A stretch of DNA of 64,000 nucleotides from contig NC_133618.1 of assembly GCF_048593235.1 (NCBI RefSeq), forward strand, positions 161,599,162 through 161,663,161, in the 5' to 3' direction. Numbering within the stretch: the first letter of the stretch is position 1; each line of letters starts with the position of its first letter. Under the pieces are notes generated by a model that made no database searches, was not told the DNA's origin, and saw nothing but the letters and a program-made list of their open reading frames with translations. This DNA comes from Sminthopsis crassicaudata. Lineage: Eukaryota. The translations under genes were made by a program, and so were the position numbers. Positions 51,370 to 64,000 of this stretch are shown one piece after another.

Positions 51370-51518
51370 CTCCAGCAGATTCTGATGGCCCCCTCTATCT
51401 ACCCTATAAGACTCTGGTGTCTACTCTTCGAAGTACAGTTTTCAATGAAGGGGAAGCCCATTGTCTCATCGAAATCTTATCAGAGAAGGCTGGGATTGTC
51501 CAGGATACCTGGCATAAG
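51370..51518 (+). CDS. RRBP1: RRBP1 second coding exon (149 nt; TPADSDGPLYLPYKTLVSTLRSTVFNEGEAHCLIEILSEKAGIVQDTWHK)
   Basis: ttaacAG|ct acceptor completes the phase-1 codon from 4640; donor aag|GTaagg at 51519. Matches human GPPDADGPLYLPYKTLVSTVGSMVFNEGEAQRLIEILSEKAGIIQDTWHK as recalled. Confidence 0.97.
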
Positions 51519-54328
51519 GTAAGGAGTATCTTGACTCTTACTAGAAATTTTAACAGTGACTGTGTGTCTGTGTATTTGTGTGCACTTGTACATGTGTATT
51601 TCTCCTTTTCTCCCTCCCCCACGTGAATGAAAACAAATAGAAATTGTTATGTAGCTTTTGTACCACACACAGCCTCTGTAGCAAGATGCAGCTGTGCTTA
51701 TGGTGATGTATTCCCAGATGTGAATGTATAGCACTGATGAACTCATGCCGAAGTTGTTAAACTGGAAAGAAAATGCTTATAAAACAATCTGGTCTTTTAA
51801 AATTGTTCTTCACTTTTCTTTTCAGAAAAGAATATTGTCTTATCCCCTTCATCCCAATCTGGGTTTAGTCACAGTTTAAATATATTTTGCCTTTTGCTAC
51901 ATTATAATCGCCATTGAGTTTTGAAAACAATGCATACCAGTAACAATTGCAAGCCTTCACTTTAAGGTGATGGTGGTAGTGGTGACAGCATTTACATAGC
52001 TTTATATAACATTTCTATAGATTTTTAAGCCTGGCAAAGCACTTTGTGTGTATTATTTGGTCTTTACAACCCTGTGAGGTAGAATTTTATTATCATCCCC
52101 ATTTTACAGGTGAGAGTACTGATTTTGAGAGGTAATAAGTGACTTGCCCAAGACTCCACAGCTAGTGTTTGAGATTGAATTTAGACTCTATAAACACTGT
52201 TTTTCTTGTTTATAAAGTGAGGGAGTTGGACAAAGAAACTCCCAAGAGCTCTTCTTTCCCTAAATCTATGACCCTATAATCTGCTCATGAAATGTACTCT
52301 CAAGTTATATCTTGAAAATAACCAAGAACAAGAGTGGAATATGTAGAATATTTCACATTTGAAACTCAGTTAGAATGATCCAAAAGCTCAGATCCTTACA
52401 TTCTAGTAGACTGGAAGTTATTTGAAGGTAGAAGCTGGGTTTGTTTTGTTTTGTTTTTAATTTTGTCTTTCTATCCCTAGCATCTAAATACACTTAACAA
52501 ATGCTTTTTGAATTTAATACCCTACTTTTTGGAAATAAGGGTTTAATATCCTTCAGTACTGCTTTCCAACCCTTTTGGAGTCTTTATTCCCTGTCATGTG
52601 ACCAAAATCCTTCGAGATGTGCAATATGACCCATATTTATCTTTGTAAATGAAAAATAATTTTGTTCAGGAGATTTTTCATCATTTCTGGACATAATTAG
52701 AGACATTCTGGGATGTGCCAAGCCCCAGGCTGGTACTCATTGCTTGAGAGAGACCCAAATAATTGCTCCAGAGTGAAGTTTCCTTGCATCTGGATCATCA
52801 CTGAAATTTGTCAAAAGGTATTCACTGCCCCAGAGTTTCTTATAGTTGTATTTGTGGAAGGCCATGCAGGGGACATCTGTCAACACCCCTAACAAATGAT
52901 TTGGCTTCTTCACCCCTCCAGAGTAGCATTTTTCCACCTGCCACAGAGTCTGGGGCAGTTAGCAGCTTGAAGAAACAATTCAGCTCTCCTGGAGGCCTAG
53001 GCTAAACTCCATTGCATGGAACTAGAAAGTGGGCTTTTTCTTCTTGCTGCATGAGTTTGTATTATAACTGTTATGTTGGTCCTTAGTCTTATGCTTCCTA
53101 AGGGGTTTAACAGGTTCATAAAGCCTAAGATATGGCAATATAAGGGTGATGTGTTAATGGTGTTGGGTCATTAGCCCCAAAGTCCTACAAGTTCTTATAG
53201 CTTAATCTTGCTTTTGATGAGGGAAGCTTTGTATCTTGAGCATTCCCACCTTAAGAAAATTGGCTGAAATGGAACTACTGCTGGTATAGCGTTGCATAGA
53301 ATTGGTCGTATTTAGTTATGAGGTGTCCTCAGAGCTACATCTCTGTTTGGAAATGAGATGGATTTGATGTGTGTGTATCATCAAAGAAACCTGGTAACAG
53401 CCTGGTGTAAAGGACCCTGGCTCTGAAATCAGGATTTGGGTTCAATCTCATCTCTGATTGTGCCCTCTTTGACCAAGGGCCATCATCACTTAGTCAGCCA
53501 TTATGCATTTATTAAGCACTACTACATATGAAACTCTCATTATGAAAGGGGAAAAAAAAAAGAAACAAATTCTGTTTTCAAGGATTTTGTAGCCTATGAG
53601 AGAAAACAACACGAACATATTAAATGTACATAGAATTTTTTTATACTTTTTGATTTTTATACTTAATAAATAATAATCATAGTAGCTAACATTTATATAG
53701 TGATTTAAGGATTGCAAAGCACTTTACCCATGCTTAGTAATCTGTGAATTAAGTGCTATTATTATCTCCTTTTTCCAGGTGAGAAAATGGGCCAGAGGGG
53801 TCAAGTGACTTGCCCAGGGTCACACAGCACAATTGTATGCACATTTTCCCCATTCCACGCCCAGCTCTCTATGATTTGATTATTTCTAAAACATGTAAAG
53901 TATGTACTAGGCAGCTTGTGTAGGAGAAGGAATTAGTAGCTGTTCTAAACAGGGACCAGGAAGGCCTCAAGCAGAGAGGTGTTGTTTGAGCCGAGTCATG
54001 AAGGAAACCTGAGGGGATATGTTCCAGCCATGGGCAAATCATTAAGAAACAGTGTTGTGTCTAAGGAGCAGCAAAAATACCATATGACTGCACCAGAGAA
54101 CATGGTGAAAGGAAGGTAAGGTATAATGAGCCTGGAAAGGAAGGCAAGTTATTAACTTCCCTGAGCCTTAACTTCCTTATTCTGTAAAATGAGGGCTTTT
54201 GATTAGAATGAGATCTTTTCTAGTTCTAGATCTGTAGTCCTGAAGTGTTAGAAATTTTCTCCTTTCTTTGGAAATATTACCATTAATAAATTGACACCAT
54301 ATTAGGTGTTTTCTCCACACCCTTTCCC

Positions 54329-54470
54329 ATTATTATAATTAACTATTATAATTATATTATTTTATAATTATATTATATTTATAATATATTTATAAATATA
54401 ATACAATATATAATATATATATAATTATATTATATTATAATTAATTATTATAATTAAATTATAATTAATT
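54329..54470. repeat. Almost pure AT low-complexity tract
   Basis: ~140 nt with only two non-A/T bases. Confidence 0.95.
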
Positions 54471-55779
54471 TAGATAGCTTCTAGCTATCTAAAATGGGTA
54501 AGAGGACTCTGGAAAAATCTTTTCACTTCTTTATCAAATGAGTTAATTTTTATTTGGAAAGTATTTATTGTGGTTCCTGGAACTTAGAAAGTCCTTAATG
54601 AATACCTATTCTACTCCCCCTTCTTCCCTCTTTCCTCCTCTTTCCTCCCTGTCCTGGTTCTGAGCAGTAGAGATGATTTCAAACATCATGGGGGCAGCTG
54701 CCTATCCTTGGCCCAGGGCAGGACTTTGAACACAAATCCTGAAGATGAATCTTTATTCATTTCATAGCTGAGACTAGACCTCTTTTCAAACTGTTTCCCT
54801 TAGCAGCTTCCAGCATAGGCAGCACCTCACTTCCCAGGAGGTGGAGCTGAGAAGGGGGCACGTGACTGAGCATGTGATGTAATTTGACCAGAACTTGTAG
54901 GTGGGACTTGTGGAATTGTTGCTTTAGACTTGGCTGAATGTCCATCTCTTGCTGTCCAGCAGTGGAGGGAGCAGGGGTCTGGCTGCACTTGCTTTTGCTT
55001 TTGTTCCTTTACTTTTTTGGTGTCTGGGAAAAACCTAGGTCTCCATCCCTCTTAACTTTGCCTGCTGCCCTAGATCTGCTCTGACATTGAGCTAAACTGA
55101 ATAGCAGCAGCCTAGCTCTGCAGCCCCTCTCCCCTCCTCCCACTTCTTTCTCATCCTTTCTCTCTCTGCTAGGAAAGTCCACAGGGATGCAGTCCAGATT
55201 TGCCCAACTGAGCCTAGGAGAGGTAATATGGTGCCATCCTTTTTTTAGGAAAAATTGTTTGTTTTAAATGTTTAAGATTATTGTTCAGTATCCTACTTTT
55301 CTTCTACAGAAGTTATTAATAATAAACTTTTAATAAGCATTATTAATAATAAGCATTTTGAGTTTGCATAATGCTTCACATATTTTAACTCAAGTCTCAC
55401 GACAATTCTGTGAGGTAGGTAATGTTATTATTCCCATTTTATAGTAGTTGTTTTGTGTTATTGAGAATGATTCTTCTGTTCTATATAGTTAGTAGTTCAA
55501 TTTCGATTAGCTTGTTATATTCCTTATTGAGCTAAGAATGGTTATAGTCTGGAAGTTCTCATTAAGTTTTCTTTCTAATTCAGAATTGATCAGTTATTTT
55601 GGGGGAGTGAAGAAATTGTATGTATGGTATATTTATAGATACATTAAAACCAAAGCCAAGAACTCGAAGGGCCTGGCTGTTATCCTCTCAATGGATTTGG
55701 GGATGCAGCAGACTCCATACCTTGTGGTAGTTAGGAAAGACTCGTCTTCTACCTCTGAACCCTCAGGCTTCTTAACAAT

Positions 55780-58060
55780 TTAGTTCAGTTCAGAAGCATT
55801 ATTAAACATTTACTATATGTCAGATTCCATGTACTTGGTACTTGGGAAGAGAGAGACAAAAAAATGAAACTGTCTCCCCTGAAAGAATTTACATTCTCTT
55901 GAGTAGAATGGATTAAGGAACAACCTGTATCCTAAGTGATTATAGAATATTTTTAAAAATATGAAATAATTTGATGGTTGGGGAGAATTATGGCAAGGAA
56001 TGGTGGGACCTATCAGGGAAGGCCTCTGATAGGGATCATTGCTTGAAAGGGGCTAGAGAGTGAGGAAGGAGAAACAGTTGATGCTAAGGCATGGAGATGG
56101 CAGAGCAATGGAAATGAGGCCACTTGTACTGGAAGAATGTAGACTCCATGAAAGGAAGTCCTGAACGCATCTAGGAAAGAAAGGGTAGTCAGATGGTGAA
56201 AGGCTCTAAAAGAAGAGCTTGGATTTTATCCTAAAGGCAAGAAGAAACTGATGAAGCTTCTTGAGCAAGGCAGTGACGTGGTGACACCTGTGCTTTTGGA
56301 ATATCTTGTTTGATAACTGGACAGTAGATTAAGGAAGAGACTCAATTTAGGAAGCTCTTGTAGTCTAGGAAAGCTTTGATGAGGGGCCAAATTAAGATCT
56401 GGCCGTGTGTATGCCTTTGAGATGTGGTGGTGGTGGGCAGGTATAGACATGGCCACTGATAAGGCTGTGTTTCCCATTACAAAGCTACTTGTTTTTCTGG
56501 TGTGATTCTGAGCATAGCCAAATACTTCATATAATTTCCTCTTTTTTGTATGTGAATGTCTTACACAAAAACTGTATAGGTTTTTTTTCTTTGAGGCAAT
56601 GTAGTTTGGTGAGAAGAGCAATAACCTCAAAGTGAGGGGCCACATATATGCCCCCTGATGCTCAGTCTATCATTTGTCCTTTTTGATCCTCATCTGTAAA
56701 GTGAAGAGAGTGGCAATGCTTATATTGCCTGTTAGGCACAGGGGAAAGCAGTTTCAGAAGTTCATTTCCACCCACCACTTTACTGAAACTGTTTTCAAAT
56801 ATCATCAGTGACCGAGTCACTAATCCAAATATATTTTTTGGACAATTCTCCTACCTCTCTTTCTCCTCCATTGGATGGACCCTTTTCTTTAATTTTAGTG
56901 TGGGTGTTTTCCTGAGGTATATCCGTGGCTCTCTTCTCTTTCCTTCTATAGTAATTTCTCTGTTGGCAACCTCATTTACCCCCAAATTTCTCACAGTTAT
57001 TCACTCCTTATTTACATGCCACAAGTATTAGATTGCCCCCTTCTTCTGTAGCCTTTTTATGGAACATCCATCATTCCCTGAGGTCCTCTCACTGTGAAAA
57101 TACCCTTCTGCTATGCTGACCCCTTTATTCCATTGTGAGTTCCTTCATTTTGTGTAGAGGTCCAGGCCAGCCTTTGTTTCCCTCTAGACTATCTTTCTGT
57201 CTCTCCAGACTTTAACAACATGCTTCTTGGCAGATAACTTACCCCACCTTTCTCTTCCTTCTCTCTCTCTCCTTCCCAATTCTTTCCATCTCTTCTTTGT
57301 ATATGGCTTTCCCCTATTGAATTGTAAGCTCCTTTAAGGCAGGAACTATATTTTTCTTTGATTTTGTATCCCCAATGTTTAGCACAGTGCCAAGCATACA
57401 GTGTTTTGCTAAATGTACCTGAAAAGATGACTTTCATATCTCAAATAAATATTTCTCTTCTGAGTTCTAGACCCCACATTGACTAGTTGAACATTCAGTT
57501 CAGTTCAAACAGGCTTTATTTAGCATTTAGAATGTGCCAAATGCTGTGCTATTTGCTGAGAAAATATGAAGCAATCCCTACCCTCAGGGAGTTTTACTTA
57601 TTACTGAGGGAAAGAACTGTACACACACATAGGTAAATACAAAGTGTGTGTGTGTGTGTATGTGTGTGTGTGTGTGTAAAGCAGTAACATCTTTGGAAAG
57701 AGCATAGTGACAAGTAAACCAGGAGCCAGGTGAGGAGAGCAAGCATTCCAGGCAGCCGGGAGAGATTAGGTGTCATGTATGATGAATCATAAGTGGGCTG
57801 GTTTGACTAGATGTAGTGTGTGGCAGGAAAGAGGATGGTCATGTGAAACCAGGCAGGAAACATAAACTGAGGCTAGGTCATCCTAGAAGCACTAGGGACC
57901 CATTGAAACTTATAGTGGATGGTAATGATGTGGTCAGACCTGTGCGTTAGGACTATAGGTTTGGCAGCTCTTTGGAAATGGATTGGAGAAGGGAGCGACA
58001 GGAGGAGGGTCAGAGAGGTCAGTTAGGAAGCTGCTATGATACAGGTAAGTGATGATAATT
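55780..58060. mobile_element. Cluster of L2 remnants in both orientations (~55780-56420 -, ~56740-57410 +, ~57490-58060 -) with MIR and (GT)n
   Basis: L2 tails (ttcagttcagaagcattattaaacatttactatatgtc; ccaatgtttagcacagtgcc) and internal L2 text. Confidence 0.65.
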
Positions 58061-59041
58061 CTCAGGGAGCAAAAAAAGAGATGGCTCCTTCATTCACTTT
58101 GGTAGTTGTTGAATACACAAGACTCAGCAGCAATTAAATGGGATTATCTCACCACCTCATCCTTCTGACTTTCTCATTCATGTCAGGGGCAACACCATTT
58201 TCACCTGGCTCTCCTTGTTTAACCTTCTTCCTTACTATCCTACCCAGGTATGTTTATTCTACTTCTTGTTCCCATCTGTCGTTTGTGCTCTATTTCAGCT
58301 GCTGCCACCCTGAACCAAACCGGTTTTTTCCTGATCTCCTGAGCTGCTTCAGAGGCCTTAGAGATCTTTCTGCTTTTCTCTGCCACCTCGGGTCCATCCT
58401 TCCTGCCACTGCCATTCTTGGGACATATTATTTATAAATATCACTTGATTAAACAGCCATAATGCAGAGAAGGTTGCCCAAGCTTTTTGGAAATAATTAA
58501 CATATCTACTAGTATTATTAATTCTAATGTTCTTGGTTCTCAATGAGACAAAGGAGTTTGCTTGGAAAGTATTGTTTTCAGACATGACCGGCAGGTAGAG
58601 AACTGAACCAGATGATCTCTTGTGATGCCCTCCACTCCATAATTATGAGCCAGTTTAGTGTAGTGAAGTTTAGTGTAGTGAAGATCAAGTATGGTGCCAG
58701 GTAGGCTCACCTCTGGTGACTCTAAGCTGTATGACCCCAAGCCTTTGTTTCCTCATCTGTAAAATGGGGATACCTGTAGTACTTACCTCTCAGGGTTATT
58801 GAGGGCAAAACATGAGATAATGTCTGGCAACTTGATTTTTAATAAACCCTAAAGCCTACAAACCCATAAGCTATTTGTATTATTGCCCTTTGAAACCTGA
58901 AGGATATAAACTGTTTTCTTTGGGAGTCTCATTCCTTATAGGACAATTGTGCCTCCTACTGTTGTGTCTAGGAAAATCATAGAATATACAGCTACCAGGC
59001 ATTTCTTAGTTACTAATTTGAATTTATTGGTGCATTTGTAG

Positions 59042-59164
59042 GCTACTCAAAAGGGCGATCCGGTAGCAGTTTTGAAGCGACAGCTAGAAGAGAAGGAAAA
59101 GCTACTGGCTACCGAACAACAGGATGCTGCTGCTGCCAAAAACAGACTGAGAGAACTTAATAAG
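59042..59164 (+). CDS. RRBP1: RRBP1 third coding exon (123 nt; ATQKGDPVAVLKRQLEEKEKLLATEQQDAAAAKNRLRELNK), start of the coiled coil
   Basis: tttgtAG|gct acceptor, aag|GTaaat donor at 59165, phase 0/0, 41 codons. Matches human ATQKGDPVAILKRQLEEKEKLLATEQEDAAVAKSKLRELNK as recalled. Too short for the ORF track; found by reading. Confidence 0.97.
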
Positions 59165-59819
59165 GTAAATCCCATGTAGTCTTATCTATAGACATATTCC
59201 TTCTTCTATCCTTTTTATTAGTAAGATGAAATGAAAAGAGCCATAATGTGACTCAAAGAATCAGGAAACTGCTGGCAGCCCATGTCCTTCATTGGTGATT
59301 GTAAAGACACCCAGATCAGAGCCCTTAGATGTTCCTGGGAGTGCCAGCTCTGTGGCAAATGATGGCATGGGTGGGTTGTAGACTTTATCACTGGAGGGAG
59401 TGCCTACATGGAGGAGGCCCCAGATCCATTGAGAAATACCTAACCTCTCATCAACACTTCATATTCCTCTCACTAAGTTAGGATTAGCCCAGCAGACTGG
59501 TCTCTAGGTTTAATGTCTAACTCTCTGAGGATCTTGGAGGAAACCCAGAATAGGATGAAGACTTTGGTTTCCTGTTTCATTTTCTTAGGTATGTCAGGCT
59601 TAGGCTACCTGCTTAAGCTTTTGGCTTAAACCAAATTGGGTCTTTTGTTAGGCTTCCTGGTGGGCCTTTTGTAATGATAAATACTTGATGGAGCTGATTA
59701 CCTTAATTTTAATTATTTGTTGGTTCTCCTTTTCCTTCCTTCTTCCCCTACTTGTTCCTTTTAGTTCTTTGTTTGTAAGGCTTTTGTATTGTAGGAGATA
59801 GATTACTGACCTTTTTACT

Positions 59820-59950
59820 AGGAAAATTGCTTAATTTCTCATGGCTAGGCAATTTTTCTAAAATTATAAGTTGCAGAAATGGTACCAACTTGCATTGGTA
59901 GAGGATTTCCTCACTCAGGAGTTCCCTGTACTAGTGAACTGAGAAGTCTA
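59820..59950 (+). mobile_element. MAR1-like SINE 3' part
   Basis: ggcaatttttctaaaattataagttgcagaaatggtaccaacttgcattggtagaggatttcctcac..gagttccctg. Confidence 0.6.
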
Positions 59951-61539
59951 GCCATCATCTCCCTTCTTGCTAACTAGCACCTCTCTACCAGGAGGATAAG
60001 TCAGGAAACTAGAGCGGGTGAGACTAGTCTAATCTTGTACCCTGTGAATTATAGTCAAAAGTGAGTTCTGCATTTTTTCTTTCTCTAGCCAACTATTAAT
60101 TCATAAGGCACACCTACATATAGTATTAAGTGTTGGTTTTCAGTCAGAATAAGTTATCATAAGCATATTTGGGCATTGTTTCACATCAGTCTGTTTAGGT
60201 ACTTAGAACAGAGATGTTAGTACCATTATGTCTAATCTGATATAGAAATCAAAATGTCTAAGATGGCTTCTCCTCGGAGGAATGCTTTCTTCTTACCTCT
60301 CTCTTTCCTGTCCAAGGGAATATAAAATGAGTCAGGTTTATGTCAGTTCCATTACTAATTTGTATGATTGCTGTAGGGGAAATTAAGTATAGGTGAGTGG
60401 GAATCAGAGGACTTTGGAAGTTTGTGGTGTTAAAGTTTGGGCCTTTGAGAGGGACCTTTTCTAAATCTCAGTATCCTTTTGCTCATGCACATTTCTGGGC
60501 AATCATCTATAGAGGATGTATTCATGAAAAGTATGGATCAGTCATTTGCTTCCTTAGCAGAAGGTCCATATTATTATATTTCTCTTTAAAAATATAAACT
60601 TTACAGCAATTGTAGCAAATGCCAACCATCAAATGAACAAAATGAAGACTAAAATCACAAATAAAACTTTGAATGGAAAATTACTGTCATTGTATTGCTT
60701 ATAAATTTATACAACACTTTTACAAAAATCATTTTATTTGCTCTGTCCCCTTCATGTGGGTATCTTAGTCATAAAGTTTTGCTGAGGTAGTGTTGTTGTT
60801 TTTTTTTTAATTTAAACCTAGTTCATGTGTTTTCTTTCTTCACTCTACATCACTTTGTAAAAGTCTTTGCCTTTTTCTTTGTAATCTCCTCCCTTCACTC
60901 TCCACATTTTTCACCCTTTCTGGTGTTATAATATTCCATCAGTTTGCCTCAACTTTCTTAGGAGTATATCCTCACATGCCACATTTTAAAAGTATCATAA
61001 TTTTAAAAAAGCTTCAGCCCTGAGGAATATGAGTAATTGAGAGTAGGACTTTGTCTCTAGTATTAGAAGAAGTGAGGAAACTTTGACACTTAGGATATGG
61101 AGACCTCTGACAGATAAATTGTGTTTATAATTCAATTCAGTTCAATTCAATAAACATTTCAAAGCCTAGCATGTACCAGGCACAGGGCTAAATCCTGTGA
61201 ACCTGAATTAACATCCTAGCTATACCATTTGTTACCTGGGTAAACATAAGCAATTCACTTAATTTTTCTTGGCCTCATTTTTTTAGCTTTAAAATGAGGA
61301 AGTTCCAGTATTACAAGCTTCAGAGAAGGACTTCAGTAGAACTTAGAGATGAAAGTAATTGTAACCCTTTTGGTAGCAAACAAACGGAAACTGACAACAT
61401 TTCTCTATGAAAGTCATGGAGAAAAAATATACAAATAAGGAATAAAATGCAAGATAAATACAGATAATGAACAGATAACACATCGCTTGTACAGAGCATT
61501 TGTTCATTCAGCCAATATTTATTCAGCTATGTACAAGAC

Positions 61540-62745
61540 ACAATTGATAAACAAGGATGTGTATCAAATTTGCAGATGGCAGAATCAAGAGGAGCAGAAT
61601 TAGGATCTAAAAAGGTCTTGATTGGCTAGAATGATGGAACCAAACAACATGAAATTTAGTAGGGATAAATGTGAAGTCATATATTATGTGATTTGACAAG
61701 TTTTTAAAAGTCAACTTTATAAGTTTAAAAAAAAAAAAAAGATTGGGGATCATAATGAATTACAATCTCCTTAAAGTCAGTTGTGTGATATGAAAAGACC
61801 TGATCATAAATTAAGATTGTACTGAGAGTCAGAGAATTTAGGGGTAAGGAAATGAGATGATCCTGCCCTGGTTAGATGCTGGCTATTCTCAGACCCCTTT
61901 TTCTCCCTCTCCTCCAACCTCAGGCAACGCGTGATAGGGACACTTACTACCACTGGGGCTAGGCTTCTCTTTTTGCCTAGGCTGTTTGGACTGTCACCCA
62001 ACTTGAAAAGGTTGTCCACAACTTCATTCCTTCTGAAGAGATGGAGACTCCTGGCCTTATTCTGCCATTGCCTTTTAAGGTCCTTCCTCTGTCTCCTGAA
62101 GTTCCTGGGCTCAGTTACTTGACCTACTTGTATAAGCTGAGGACCTCTGCCATCTGAACCACTTAGTGACTTGTCTCCTCATCTGCCCTGCAGTTTGCCT
62201 CTTACTTGTCATTTCCAGATTAGATTAGATTAGATTATGAACTGCTTGAGACTGGGATCCATCATAGTCTTTTCTATTTGTGCCTCCAGTGCATATTGCT
62301 TGATATGCATGGAGTAAGTACTTCTCTAGCTCTGTGATACCTTTTTTCCCATTGGAAATAAGGATGATGAAAGGATTATTTTGATTTAGAGTTTGAAGGA
62401 AATAGTGAGGTTTAGCCTAGAGAAGAGATGGTTTTTTGGGGGGAAGAGAGGACATGTGAACATATGAATTGGCTTCAAATATTTGAAGGGTTGTCAAATG
62501 GAAGATTCGTTAAACTTGTTCCAGGACAGTCCTGAGTTCTTAACAATAAGTATACCAAAGGGCTGTCAGCTGTCTCAGAAGATGACAAGCACTCTTTCAC
62601 CTTGTGTCTGCAAGGAAGAAAGTTGCATGGGTCACTTTTTGGAGGAAGCATAAAGAGGATTCTTGTTCAGGTGTAGATTGAACTAGATGGTTTAGTTCTA
62701 GCAGGTCACTGACCTTCAGTATTCTTTCCATCTTTAAATCCTTGA
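61540..62745 (+). mobile_element. Fragmented CR1/L3 LINE (RT C-terminus and 3' end)
   Basis: aaatttgcagatg...atgaaatttagtagggataaatgtgaagtc (KFAD...MKF.RDKC motif) and tttagcctagagaagaga...cttcaaatatttgaagggttgtca. Confidence 0.75.
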
Positions 62746-64000
62746 TCAAATGAAAACTTTATAAATAATTTTTTTACCAGTCCTAGAATACTTGCTATTC
62801 TTTCTGTAGGTTACAATAATGTTGCATCAATTACTAGTGATTGGTACTGGCCTTGAGAAATAGGGAATTAGTGCCTCAGTCTAATAGAGTCCCATGAATT
62901 TGCTAGAAGATTATTTTTTGTTTGGAAGTGGGGGTAGGAGGAAAGTTGTTGCAGTTGGGGGTTTTTTTTTTGTTTGTTTTTTCCTTTTTTTAGATTTAAG
63001 ATTTTAAAAGATAGTATTCCTAAGGAGAATATGGCTCATATTTTGGCCAAGAATCCAATTAGTACTTCTTCATGTTTTATTCCTGGTTACCCCAGTGCTT
63101 CCATTGAAAAACACAAATGTTTCATCTGGTCACTCTGTTGCTATGGTTTATGTAAAAAAGTAGAGTGCTCAGCTGTGAGGTTACAATTTCTTTTTTCTTA
63201 GGAGAACTGATTAGGAAGAGAAATAATTCAGGTTACAATAAGTACTTAAATTTTGTCTTACGATAATTCTTTCCAAGATCCTGTCATGTTTAAGAAAGCT
63301 GCCATATTTAGAAAACAAGTATTTGGATTTAAATCTGGCTCTACCACTTTTTATTTGTGTGATGTGAGACTGGTTATTTAACCTTTCTTGGCCTTCATTT
63401 CAACATCGTAAAATGAGGTGCTTAGGTTATGTAAGATGATATTGGCGATATAATTTTGTTCTTACTTTGTGATCTTAAGATCTTAGGGTTTGTTAACTGA
63501 CTTGCAGAGAATTGTCTTGAAGACCTCACCATGTCTGAGGATTTCTTTTTCTTTTGGATAGGTAGGACATCTTTGTGAGACTCTCTGGAGTCTTTCTCTA
63601 ACCTATACTTCCCTGCTCTATGCTGTATTTGATAGTAGTCAGGATCATTTAACAAAGCTCGCCTGCTCTCTATAGAGGAATTAAAAATATATATAACATG
63701 TATACATGAAAGGCCTTTGTGGAAAGAGAGCTTGAACAATCTTACTCTACTTGAATAAATTTCATTTTTTGAAATCAACAGACAACAAATCTAGGAATCT
63801 TCTATCATCTTTTCATTTAGTTGTAAAACAGGGAAGATAATAGACTGATGCAGAGAATTGTCTGCCAAAGCTTGCTTTTGTTCCCTGTTCTCTTGTTTAC
63901 TTATGGAAAAAATAAATTCAGATAAATTTAAACCAAAAGCTTTGGGTTAAAAAAGATTGTTCTTATACCAAGTCTATATAGGAAATCAGCAGGCTCAGAT

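Larger units (their letters stand above)
51519..59041 (+). other. RRBP1: RRBP1 intron, 7,523 nt
   Basis: GT...AG, phase 0. Confidence 0.95.

Noticed and set aside
58652-58681. 15-bp micro-duplications (here and at 10537-10566) and (AGATT)4 at ~62217
   Set aside because: Ordinary slippage products with no sign of function.
59165-64000. Next RRBP1 exon (expected EMAAEKAKAAAGEAK-like)
   Set aside because: Not found by reading; the atggcagaatc candidate near 61576 is CR1/L3 text, so the exon presumably lies beyond the window.
1-64000. RNA genes, snoRNAs or endogenous viral elements
   Set aside because: None recognised by eye; tRNA-like heads belong to SINEs. An Infernal/Rfam scan and a TBLASTN against viral proteins would be needed to exclude them.

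Overview
Eukaryotic, AT-rich genomic DNA from a marsupial, probably a dasyurid (WSINE1-like and MAR1-like SINEs, dasyurid-type L1 3' ends). The whole window lies inside one + strand gene, RRBP1 (p180, ER ribosome-binding protein 1). Three coding exons are visible: a giant 2413-nt first coding exon (2228-4640, ATG at 2249), a 149-nt exon (51370-51518) and a 123-nt exon (59042-59164); the gene continues past the window. The rest is intron filled with L1, L2, CR1/L3, MIR, marsupial SINEs, a hAT MITE and microsatellites, plus a near-identical ~7-kb tandem duplication (13285-27325) that carries an N-gap in each copy. The standout is the first coding exon. The eutherian p180 decapeptide array (NQGKKAEGAP)n, as I recall it from human, is reduced here to a single GKKAE unit. 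Instead, about 570 aa of unrelated Ala/Gly/Lys-rich repeats sit on the other side of the conserved SSPK...KVEP...EVP block. Their homogenised core is also a 10-aa unit with net charge +1 (AAAAQSAKGG), which suggests a basic repeat domain evolved independently in the same exon. Comparisons with human RRBP1 are from memory, and repeat boundaries are approximate because they were read by eye.
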